Shown piece by piece: positions 16,681-24,666 of a DNA stretch of 24,674 nt. The DNA lies in NCBI GenBank assembly GCA_937930465.1, contig CALGKV010000079.1:1-24674 (forward strand). Reading direction: 5' to 3'. The notes under the pieces are model-generated. The model ran no database searches, was not told the DNA's origin, and saw nothing but the letters and a program-made list of their open reading frames with translations. How positions within the stretch are numbered: the first letter of the stretch is position 1; each line of letters starts with the position of its first letter. Both the position numbers and the translations under genes were made by a program. Source of the DNA: Methanosuratincolales archaeon. Its GTDB lineage: Archaea; Thermoproteota; Methanomethylicia; Methanomethylicales; Methanomethylicaceae.

Positions 16681-17538
16681 CTAACGAAGGCTTTTCCTGC
16701 GTGCAAAGATCGAGAACGCGAAAGCGCATAGTGCAAGGATTAGGACTGACAACATCAGCGATTCCAAGTAAGGAGGCGCTGGACCCTGCCCTAAAGTCAT
16801 CTTCGCAGAGTAGACCTCGAACTCGCAGTACCCCTTGTAAGCCTCCGTGAAGATCTCGATGTGCTTTAGCTTCACGTGGTCCAGCTTGTAAAAGTCCATC
16901 ATCTGCTGGATGTAGGGGATGAGGTTTATCGAATAGTGCTTGTACTCGCCAGGCTCCAGGTTGTCCTCGAGCTTGAACTGCGCCACCGAGTCGTTCCGCC
17001 ACTCGAAGTAGCTCACCCTGTTGGCATAGACCCTGTCGCCGTAGTAGCTGAAGAACTGGAGCTCGGTCTGGTAGCACTTCACCTGGTAGTCAACCTCTGG
17101 CTCAATGCTTTCGAAGAAGAGCACGATCGCCACGTTGGTGGAAGAGTTGCCAGGGTCGTAGGGCTCGTACCGGACAAGCTTCAGGTCTATATCAAGGACT
17201 AAATCCCAGGTCGGGAGCCCCCTTTTGACCTCGAACTCGTCGTCGAGCAGTGAGTACCTCAGCCCCCAGTAGTGGGGCATGAGCCCCCTCGAGAGCTTCG
17301 ACAGCCCCCAGGAACCCGAGGTGTCGTTTATCCACATGACGAACTTCCCGCCGGGCTCGGGGAGGTAAGTAGAATTGCCCACTGCGTTGCCGTTGAAGCC
17401 TCCCCAGACCTCATAGCAGACATTCCCGTCATCCAGCTCGAAGACGGTAGAGTTTTCGCATGAGACTGAAAAGGACATTACGCCTATCAGAAAAAAGAGG
17501 CATGGTATTGCAAGCATCTTAATTCCCACGGCGTTCAA
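16681..17538 (-). CDS. Secreted, C-terminally membrane-anchored protein with GH12 (clan GH-C)-like motifs
   Basis: N-terminal hydrophobic signal, C-terminal TM plus RRKSLR tail, five N-X-S/T sequons, motifs NVAIVLFF...QTELQFF and LKHIEIFTE. SD GGAGGT upstream of the TTG. Confidence 0.6.
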   Translation of the reverse strand: MNAVGIKMLAIPCLFFLIGVMSFSVSCENSTVFELDDGNVCYEVWGGFNGNAVGNSTYLPEPGGKFVMWINDTSGSWGLSKLSRGLMPHYWGLRYSLLDDEFEVKRGLPTWDLVLDIDLKLVRYEPYDPGNSSTNVAIVLFFESIEPEVDYQVKCYQTELQFFSYYGDRVYANRVSYFEWRNDSVAQFKLEDNLEPGEYKHYSINLIPYIQQMMDFYKLDHVKLKHIEIFTEAYKGYCEFEVYSAKMTLGQGPAPPYLESLMLSVLILALCAFAFSIFARRKSLR

Positions 17539-17798
17539 TCACTTATGACCTCCCTTATCCAATAGAGCGTTGTTGCATCCCGGTCATAGGACAATATTTG
17601 TCTGCGCCCACTCTCGCATTCCCTCTTATGGATGTGCACCTAATAATCATGGGCTTCATAATTAAATGGTTTTTAATATTATTAAATCAATACATTTGAC
17701 TAAATTTTATCAAAAAAATACCTATGCCTTCGTAAATTCAACAATAGCTTATTTTGGCTGATTGGTTTATAATAAATTTTGTTTCAAGTGCAATTTTA

Positions 17799-17845
17799 AT
17801 GTCGGACCCGCTGGGATTCGAACCCAGGACCTGTGGCTCCGATGG
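17799..17845 (-). repeat. Degenerate copy of the 3' half of tRNA-Arg(TCG), att-like direct repeat
   Basis: 17799-17842 matches 20505-20548 at 41/44 nt (43/47 out to 17845/20551), from the anticodon loop through the CCA end. Confidence 0.9.
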
Positions 17846-18043
17846 ATTTTTGGGGAAACCCATCAAAAACCATCAGTTTGATTATGAGCTGGGGCGGCAC
17901 GGTACAGCTCAGCTGCCTCAAGGAGCCTCTTGTATAGAGGCTTGGGGATCGACCGGACTTGAACCTTGGCTTGTGCATGGACAAAGGCATGTTCCAGCTA
18001 TCGGAAATGCTTTGCGGGAATCAAATCGTAGGGAGTACGAGAT

Positions 18044-18601
18044 TCAGCCCCATGAGGCTATTATCTCGTCCACGCCTTTGATTTCTGCATTGTATGCGTC
18101 CGCGAGGTACTTCAGTCCAGCCAAATGGTCCTCCTCAGTGAAAGCCTCAACAGCGTCCCTAGCGACAACGATCCCGTAACCCCTGAAGAAGGCGTCCGCA
18201 GCGGTGTGCCTTATGCACATGTGAGTGTGGAGCCCGCAGAGAACTACTGTCCTGACGCCCCTGCCGCCGTAGAGGCTCCTGAAGAGGGGATCAAGTCCAG
18301 TCTCGAAGAACCCGCTGTAGGTCCTTTTCTCCACAACGAAATCGCCCTCTGCAGGGCCCAGCTCCGGTATCACCCTGGCTCCTTCCGTGCCCTTGATGGC
18401 ATGACGCCCCCACCTTTTGACGACCTCCGGGTCGTGTGGGTAGTGTGCGTCGTTGCTGAAGACCACGGGGATGTCTCGGGCTCGTGCTGCCTCTACAAGT
18501 CTCTTCACATTGGGGACTATCTTCGAAGCCCGGTCGCACTTCAGGCTCCCGTGCACAAAGTCGTTCAGCATGTCTATCACTATTACGGCAGGGTTTTCCA
18601 T
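18044..18601 (-). CDS. Isochorismatase-family cysteine hydrolase (nicotinamidase/PncA-like), 185 aa
   Basis: Catalytic D (VIDMLNDF), K (EKRTYSGF) and C (GLHTHMCIRHT), plus metal-site-like NDAH...RHA. Start ATG 18601 or TTG 18613. Confidence 0.9.
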   Translation of the reverse strand: MENPAVIVIDMLNDFVHGSLKCDRASKIVPNVKRLVEAARARDIPVVFSNDAHYPHDPEVVKRWGRHAIKGTEGARVIPELGPAEGDFVVEKRTYSGFFETGLDPLFRSLYGGRGVRTVVLCGLHTHMCIRHTAADAFFRGYGIVVARDAVEAFTEEDHLAGLKYLADAYNAEIKGVDEIIASWG

Positions 18602-18780
18602 GTGGTTCGTCAAAAATAGTCATCCGATATTATTTTCCGGAACCGCCTTAAATAGGTTCGGTCAGGGGATTGACCTGCCCAGGGCTCCCGGGCGAGGGTT
18701 GAAACGTTTCCTGCCCTTGACCATGCCCAAATATGGGCATTACTACATCGCATTATTAGATAATGTGCATATAGCATGCG

Positions 18781-19572
18781 TCACTTCGCCCTTACCTCGA
18801 AGGTGCACCTTTGGTCGCCCTTTGCTATGCACTCCACCTCGTCGACCTGGAAGGGTTTTCCGAATAGCTCGGGGAAAACGCCTGCGACAATCCCCCTCAA
18901 CAGTGCAGCGGATGGGTGGCCCGTTCCCTTCGCGCCTTCGCATTCGAATGAGCCGTAGACCGCGATCTTCCCGCCCGAGTCGCCAATATGGATCACCTCG
19001 ACCCTTCCGAAACCCGCCCACTGGAACATGGCGGTGCTGACTTTCCGGTAGACCTCAACGGGGTCCTTGAGCCCGACCGCTTCCGCTGCTGCCCTGTGGA
19101 GCCTCCCGAAGCCCCTGCCCAGCTCTAGCCCCTGGTAGTAGAGGAAGGCGACGGCGCCGGTCCCGAACTGGGCTTTCACTTCGTCTATCAGCCTCCTATA
19201 GGCAGCCGCCCTCAGGATTATCGCCCTGTCGCCACCGGCGGTTATCGGGTGCGAGAGGTTGTCGATTATGAGCCCGTCGGCTATTGGCTCGATCACCTCG
19301 GCGTGGCGGGCCATCCCGGTCGACTCTAGCTCCTTCGCCATGTCGCCGATCCCAACGTCGGAGTTGGTCATGTCGAGGAATGTCAGAACGGGGAACGCGT
19401 CGGTCAGCGCCGAAGGGGATGACGCGAAGTAAAGCGGCAGCGCCCCGTGTTTAGCTGCAATCCCTGTCAATGCTGGCAGCGCTCCCGGGTCATTCTTCAT
19501 CACGAATCTGAGCCCGGCGAGCTTCCTGCCCGGGAGTACGAGTACCCTGGAAAGGTCGAATTCGTGGTGCAT
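18781..19572 (-). CDS. ACT-like + V4R domain protein
   Basis: N-terminal KNDPGAL ACT-like segment; C-terminal GFGRVEV, SFECEG, LRGIVAG and EVECIAKGDQRCTF typical of V4R. Confidence 0.85.
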   Translation of the reverse strand: MHHEFDLSRVLVLPGRKLAGLRFVMKNDPGALPALTGIAAKHGALPLYFASSPSALTDAFPVLTFLDMTNSDVGIGDMAKELESTGMARHAEVIEPIADGLIIDNLSHPITAGGDRAIILRAAAYRRLIDEVKAQFGTGAVAFLYYQGLELGRGFGRLHRAAAEAVGLKDPVEVYRKVSTAMFQWAGFGRVEVIHIGDSGGKIAVYGSFECEGAKGTGHPSAALLRGIVAGVFPELFGKPFQVDEVECIAKGDQRCTFEVRAK

Positions 19573-19594
19573 AGGACAATTTATGCGGCTCCTG

Positions 19595-19602
19595 ATTTAA
19601 AG
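19595..19602 (-). promoter_or_regulatory. Putative TATA box for leaderless V4R gene
   Basis: CTTTAAAT on the minus strand ~23 nt upstream of ATG 19572. Confidence 0.5.
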
Positions 19603-19711
19603 TCTTAATGACAAACAGGCTATGGAAGGCAGCTTACGATGCGGAACCGCTTGAGCTAAAGCATCCCAGCGGGAATTTTCCTGCCGCTGGCGGGGGAGAG
19701 TGAAAGGGTAA

Positions 19712-19831
19712 TGGGATGGAGAGAGGAGGCCCTCGCTCGCGTACTGCGGCGAGGAGCTCTTCAACGGGAAGGTGAGGTGCAAGTACCGCGGGTGCAGGGC
19801 AGCAGGGGAATGCGAGGAAGGGAAGGGCTGA
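19712..19831 (+). pseudogene. Start-less Cys-rich coding-like fragment (YCGEELFNGKVRCKYRGCRAAGEC)
   Basis: Host-like codons and four Cys, but an in-frame TAA at 19709 and no start codon; ATGs at 19711 and 19716 are out of frame. Confidence 0.3.
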
Positions 19832-20053
19832 TCCCGACCTCAGGGACTTTGGGGTTAGAAGCATCGCCTTCCACAATGTGCGCCACAACGACACACGCGC
19901 CGGGGGCCCCGAGCGCAGCGGAAAACGTAGCGGCATATATGGGGAAATTTGCGCAAGGAGCCCCTAGGAATAATTGCGGAAAACTCACTGAAAAGCTTGG
20001 TGTTTCGATTGGGACTCGGATCTACAGTCACGGAAGCGGAACTAAAAAGGAGA

Positions 20054-20375
20054 ATGCCAAGGAAGGAGAGGCTGATCCTGATTCATCAGGTCGCAGACCA
20101 TGACCGGGGTGGGCTCCAAGCTGAGGGGGCAAGCGGAAATGAGCATAATAGAGTGGGAGAACGTCCAGCTCGACCGCCCTTACCTAGGGCTCTTGGACGA
20201 TGACCTTGACGAGATGAGTGGGTGGATCAGGACCCTTAGGAAGAGGGAGACGTGGGCGCTGATCACGGCACTGGTGGTGCTGCCCGAGGTCGGCACGGGC
20301 TGGTACAGCTTCACGCCGCAGGAATGCTGCCTTACGCAGACTAAATGTTGCATTTTCGACTTGCCTGAGCTTTGA
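20054..20375 (+). pseudogene. Fragmented coding-like region, product unknown
   Basis: Two overlapping frames (MPRKERLILIHQV... and MSIIEWENVQLDRP...WYSFTPQE) with host-like codon usage that degrades near 20325. Confidence 0.3.
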
Positions 20376-20505
20376 ACCCGCCCTGCAGAACTTGAGCCTC
20401 TCGATTGGTAACATATCAGATTCAGACCGAACGGTACCGCACTTTCGCACCAGTTGAAAAAGCGCGTTTTTGGTCAAGCTTTTTTGGCTCCCAAAAAAAG
20501 TTTGA

Positions 20506-20584
20506 TGGCGGGCCCGCTGGGATTCGAACCCAGGTCCTGTGGCTCCGAAGGCCACCGCCATGATCCGGACTAGGCCACGGGCCC
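20506..20584 (-). tRNA. tRNA-Arg, anticodon TCG, intron-less, CCA encoded
   Basis: GGGCCCG/CGGGCCC acceptor stem, GCCT/TGGC D-arm, GTGGC-CTTCGGA-GCCAC anticodon arm, CTGGG-TTCGAAT-CCCAG T-arm, 3' GCCA. Confidence 0.97.
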
Positions 20585-20608
20585 CCTTAAGGGTTTGACC
20601 TGGGATGG

Positions 20609-20615
20609 AATTAAG
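20609..20615 (-). promoter_or_regulatory. Putative TATA box of the tRNA gene
   Basis: CTTAATT 25-31 nt upstream of the tRNA 5' end. Confidence 0.5.
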
Positions 20616-21267
20616 GGTTACGGACTCCAAAGATTCTGCAGAATGCCAAGATAAGGTTGCATTCAGAGCATGCCATAATTCCGCCTGGATGGAATGGAAG
20701 CCTAGGGCAACCACTTGACTGTGACACGGGCGACTTCAGGATCTGGCTGAAAATCAAAGATGGTTTCTTTGCCAGGATTGACTGCAAAATATTATTGGCT
20801 GACCAATCATCAAATAGCAATTCTTTATTTTCCCAGGAGTTTCAATTCTGCACTAACCGCGAGATCCGCCATTTTGGTAAGAGCAATACTTATTGCGCTC
20901 GAGAAGGCCTGGCAATCTTTACCCTGAAAAGGAGCGGCCAGGCTGCGCCCGATATGCTTACTATGAGCATGTACAGGCATAGCGCATTTTGGTAGTCCTA
21001 CAAAACTCCGTGGAAGCTAATGAGCTCAATGTGTCAGACATCGCTTCTTCGTCCACTCCCCTCTTACTTTATTGGACGGTCTTTCCCGCACTGCACATTT
21101 CCAAGCCTGAATTTCAACTTCCAGAGGGAACCTATAGACCGTTTTTCGGCGCGCAGCAAAAACCCTACTGAAGAGGACATTAAGGGGGCGAGCAATAAAA
21201 TATTGCAACGTTGAATAGGATTGATCATGTATTTTTTGGCGACCCTGGGTTTTGGCTTAGAACAAAA

Positions 21268-21274
21268 TTTAATA
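21268..21274 (+). promoter_or_regulatory. Putative TATA box of eIF1A
   Basis: TTTAATA preceded by the A-rich GAACAAAA; SD-like AAGGTG lies just before ATG 21311. Confidence 0.55.
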
Positions 21275-21310
21275 TTGACTGCCTCCTCTCTGATCAAAGA
21301 AGGTGCATTA

Positions 21311-21610
21311 ATGTCAGATAGAGAAGCCCCCTCGCGCAGCCTCATGTTGCCCTCGGAGGGGGAACTGGTGGGGGTCGTTATCCAGCTGCTGGGTTTCGAC
21401 AGGGTTAAGGTAAAGTGTTCAGACGGAAAGACTAGGATCTGCAGGATCCCAGGAAAGATGAAGAAGAAGATATGGCTCAGGCTCAACGATGTGGTGCTGG
21501 TCGCCCCTTGGGACTTCCAGTCGGACCAGAAGGGGGACATAGTGTGGAGATACGACCGCGGGGATATGAGGGAACTCAAGGCTAAGGGATACCTAGACAT
21601 GCTCGTCTAA
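21311..21610 (+). CDS. eif1A: Archaeal translation initiation factor 1A, 99 aa
   Basis: LGFDRVKVKCSDGKTRICRIPGKMKKKIWLRLNDVVLVAPWDFQ...KGDIVWRY. Start moved from 21221 to ATG 21311. Confidence 0.97.
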   Translation: MSDREAPSRSLMLPSEGELVGVVIQLLGFDRVKVKCSDGKTRICRIPGKMKKKIWLRLNDVVLVAPWDFQSDQKGDIVWRYDRGDMRELKAKGYLDMLV

Positions 21611-21682
21611 GAAGCCCCCATCCTTTAGAAAGCCTTTTATCATTATCGGAATCAAGTATTTAATGGTTTTTAGGCGATATTT

Positions 21683-22465
21683 TTGGGCGAGGATTACGAA
21701 GCACTTGCAAGGAAGGAGGAGCTCAGGGTAGATCGGATCAGGTCAAAGAGGACGAAGGATGAGGACCTTTTCAAGACAGTCGAGGAGGTCTTCGACGTAA
21801 AGACCGTAATGGTCCTGTACCAGATGATAAATAACGGTCCGATTGACAGGGTCTTCGGCGCCGTCAAGGCAGGAAAGGAGTCTAGGGTCTACTGGGCGAA
21901 GGGCAAGTCAGGCGAAGACCTCGCTGTTAAGATATACCTGACCTCGTCGATGGAGTTCAAGAAGTCCATAAGGCAGTACATACAAGGCGACCCAAGGTTC
22001 AAGGACAGCAGGGACTACCGGAGGCTGATCTACACCTGGGCCCAGAAGGAGTTCAAGAACCTGTCCCAAGCTCACGGTGCCGGAGTGCGGGTGCCAAAGC
22101 CCATCCACGTCTCTCAGAACATTCTCGTGATGGAATTCATCGGAATTGACGGTGAGCCTGCGCCGTTGCTGAAGAGCCTCGGTGATGACGAAATAAACGC
22201 GCAGGTATACGAGGATGTCATGGGGATGCTCGACAGGCTTTACAGGGACGCCGGGCTTGTGCACGCGGACCTCAGCGAGTACAACATTATGTTACACCAA
22301 GGGAAAGTGTACTTCATTGACATGGGGCAGGCGGTCATGAGGGCACACCCCATGGCAGAAGACTTCTTGACGAGGGACGTTGGAAATCTTATAAGATTCT
22401 TTGAGAAGAAGGGTCTGAACCCACCTGACCCAGGGAGTGTCATAAAATGGCTGAAGCGGCAATGA
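21683..22465 (+). CDS. rio1: RIO1-family serine/threonine kinase
   Basis: GKESRVY, AVKIY, WAQKEFKNL, LVMEFIG, HADLSEYNI, FIDMGQAV. Confidence 0.95.
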   Translation: MGEDYEALARKEELRVDRIRSKRTKDEDLFKTVEEVFDVKTVMVLYQMINNGPIDRVFGAVKAGKESRVYWAKGKSGEDLAVKIYLTSSMEFKKSIRQYIQGDPRFKDSRDYRRLIYTWAQKEFKNLSQAHGAGVRVPKPIHVSQNILVMEFIGIDGEPAPLLKSLGDDEINAQVYEDVMGMLDRLYRDAGLVHADLSEYNIMLHQGKVYFIDMGQAVMRAHPMAEDFLTRDVGNLIRFFEKKGLNPPDPGSVIKWLKRQ

Positions 22466-23118
22466 GCAGGATATACATGAAGATACCTGTCGATAGGACA
22501 GGGGTCCTCATAGGTGAGAGCGGCGGTACGAAGGGCGAGATTGAGAAGGGCACTGGCACGAAGATCACCGTGGACGGAAAGAGCGGAGAGGTAGTGATAG
22601 AGACAGGGACCAGCAAGGGCGACCCCTCAGGGATCCTCAAGGCAAGGGACATAATAACTGCCATCGGAAGGGGCTTCAGCCCGCAAAGGGCATTCAGGCT
22701 CTTCACAGACGGGCAGATGGTTGAAGTTGTGGATCTTAAGGAGGCCCTCGGGGACTCAAGAAACCAGCTCCTAAGGGTGAAGGGGCGGATCATAGGAGAG
22801 AACGGCAAGACAAGGAGGATAATCGAGAAGCTCACTGGGACCGCGGTCTCAGTCTACGGACACACAGTCTCGATAATCGGGGAGTATGACGAGATACTCG
22901 TGGCGAAGGAAGCGATAGCCATGCTAGTGAAGGGTGCGATGCATGGTGCGGTCTATAAGTACCTGAACAGCGCACACCTAGAGCTCAAGAAGAAGAGGCT
23001 CTCGCTCTGGGAGAAGAGACCTGAGCTCAAGGAGGAGCTGAAGGAGGAGGTCGCGGATGTGGACGGGACGGAGGGAGGAGCCAAAGGAGGGGAATATGAA
23101 GAACAAGAGGGAGGTTAA
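22462..23118 (+). CDS. dim2: KH-domain RNA-processing protein (Dim2/Pno1 homologue), 218 aa
   Basis: RTGVLIGESGGTK, AIGRGFSPQRA, KGRIIGENGKTRRIIE, GAMHGAVYKYL. ATGA overlap with rio1. Confidence 0.92.
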   Translation: MSRIYMKIPVDRTGVLIGESGGTKGEIEKGTGTKITVDGKSGEVVIETGTSKGDPSGILKARDIITAIGRGFSPQRAFRLFTDGQMVEVVDLKEALGDSRNQLLRVKGRIIGENGKTRRIIEKLTGTAVSVYGHTVSIIGEYDEILVAKEAIAMLVKGAMHGAVYKYLNSAHLELKKKRLSLWEKRPELKEELKEEVADVDGTEGGAKGGEYEEQEGG

Positions 23119-23121
23119 GGG

Positions 23122-24666
23122 GTGTCCAGGGAGAAGTTCCAGTCAATATCTGCGGCCGATTTCTTCTACAGGAATAGGGAGATAGCTGGATTCGACAACC
23201 CCGTAAGGGCGACCTACACAATAATCAGGGAGCTGGTCGAGAACGCGCTTGACGCATGCGAGCAGTACAGCATCCCGCCTGAGGTGAGGACCAAGCTGAT
23301 CGACGAAGGCAACTCCATATACCGGATAAGGGTTGAGGACAACGGGATCGGAGTCCCATACGACCAGATCCCTTATGCCTTCGGGCAGATCCTCTTCGGA
23401 TCTAAGTACATGCTCAGGCAGAGCAGGGGCATCTTTGGGCTAGGGGGGAAGATGGCTGTCCTTTACGGTCAGATAACAGCACACAGCTCGGTGAAGGTCC
23501 TGTCCAGCACAGGGGGATTTGAAAAGTACCTCTACGAGCTCAACATAAACGTCCAAGAGAACAAGCCCATCATAAGGAGGAAAGAAGTGACCCCCAACCC
23601 CGGCAGGTGGCGCGGGACAATAATAGAGTTCAGCTTCGAGGGGGACTATGTCAGGGCCAAGCCGAAGGTCGTCGAGTACTTCCGGCAGACTTCGATCCTA
23701 CTTCCCTACGCGAACATACTTTACATAGACCCGGACGGCGCGCTCTACAGGTTCGACAAGATAACGGAGGAGATGCCAAAGCCCGCTGAGACGGTCAAGC
23801 CACATCCATACGGGGTAGACCTAGAGATCGTCCACAGGATGATAAATGCGACTAGGAGCAGCACGATGGTCGACTTCCTAGTGAACAACTTCCACAGGGT
23901 GGGCGTGGCCACGGCGATGAACTTCCTCAAGGAGGCGAAGATTAGCCAGAACGCCAACCCCAGGACGCTCGACTCCAAGGAGCTCTTAAGGCTAGTCAAC
24001 AAGATGAAGGAGTATGATGGCTTCCAGCCCCCGGATGCGCAGTGCCTCTCACCGATTGGCGAGGAGCTCCTGAAGAAGGGCATAATCAGGGAGTTCAGGC
24101 CCGAATACGTGGCGGTCACCCAGAGAGGGGCATCGGCCTACGCAGGGTATCCTTTCATAGTCGAGGCGGCGATCGCCTACGGCGGGGATATCCCAATAAC
24201 CCCGCAGGACGAGATGCTCGTCTTCAGGTTCGCAAACAAGATCCCGCTCCTGTATGACCTCCACAGCGACGTTACGATGAAGGTCATTAAGAAGATAAAC
24301 TGGCAGAGGTACAGGCTGGACCTCAGCTCTATGCCCTTGGCATTCTTCGTCCACATATGCGCCACGAAGGTCCCCTACAAGACGGTGGGGAAGGAGTACA
24401 TAGCGGACAGACCGGAGGTCGAGTACGAGATCGAGTGGGCGCTCAAGACTTGCGCCAGGGACGTCCGGAACCACTTGGCGAAGAAGGAGAAGGCAAACAT
24501 CGTGCAGAGGAGGCTATCCGTCTTCGAGAGGTACCTGCCGATGATCGCGCAGTTCTCGACTGATCTGGTGGGGAATGGGAAGCCCCCGGACTACGAGAAG
24601 GTGCTGAGGAGAGTGCAGGCACATGCTAAGGAAGTCGAACAGAGAAGTCTTGTCGAAGCTGAGTGA
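23122..24666 (+). CDS. top6B: DNA topoisomerase VI subunit B
   Basis: GHKL motifs ELVENALDA, VEDNGIG, LFGSKY and SRGIFGLGGK; KPHPYG; RFANKIPLLYD; KVPYKTVGKEYIA. Confidence 0.98.
   Translation: MSREKFQSISAADFFYRNREIAGFDNPVRATYTIIRELVENALDACEQYSIPPEVRTKLIDEGNSIYRIRVEDNGIGVPYDQIPYAFGQILFGSKYMLRQSRGIFGLGGKMAVLYGQITAHSSVKVLSSTGGFEKYLYELNINVQENKPIIRRKEVTPNPGRWRGTIIEFSFEGDYVRAKPKVVEYFRQTSILLPYANILYIDPDGALYRFDKITEEMPKPAETVKPHPYGVDLEIVHRMINATRSSTMVDFLVNNFHRVGVATAMNFLKEAKISQNANPRTLDSKELLRLVNKMKEYDGFQPPDAQCLSPIGEELLKKGIIREFRPEYVAVTQRGASAYAGYPFIVEAAIAYGGDIPITPQDEMLVFRFANKIPLLYDLHSDVTMKVIKKINWQRYRLDLSSMPLAFFVHICATKVPYKTVGKEYIADRPEVEYEIEWALKTCARDVRNHLAKKEKANIVQRRLSVFERYLPMIAQFSTDLVGNGKPPDYEKVLRRVQAHAKEVEQRSLVEAE

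Larger units (their letters stand above)
17799..20551. mobile_element. Remnant tRNA-integrated element, ~2.7 kb, no integrase recognised
   Basis: Bounded by the intact tRNA and a direct repeat of its 3' half, offset 2706 bp; contains two intact genes and gene debris. Confidence 0.6.

Noticed and set aside
17940-18030. YRKCFA in an alternative + frame, resembling the integrase FRKF(V/F)A motif
   Set aside because: It is six residues in a short frame closed by stops, with no supporting motifs, and is indistinguishable from chance without a profile search.
18125-19040. Plus-strand ORFs 18125-18619 and 18453-19040
   Set aside because: They are antisense to the hydrolase and V4R genes, which have intact motifs.
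20657-21214. ORFs of 60-112 aa between tRNA-Arg and eIF1A
   Set aside because: They show no host-like codon bias, clear SD or recognisable motif. The ~720 bp stays unexplained, but I cannot support a gene there.
24623-24666. 44-nt top6B/top6A overlap as a novelty
   Set aside because: Overlap of top6B and top6A is common, and only 17 codons of the downstream gene are visible.
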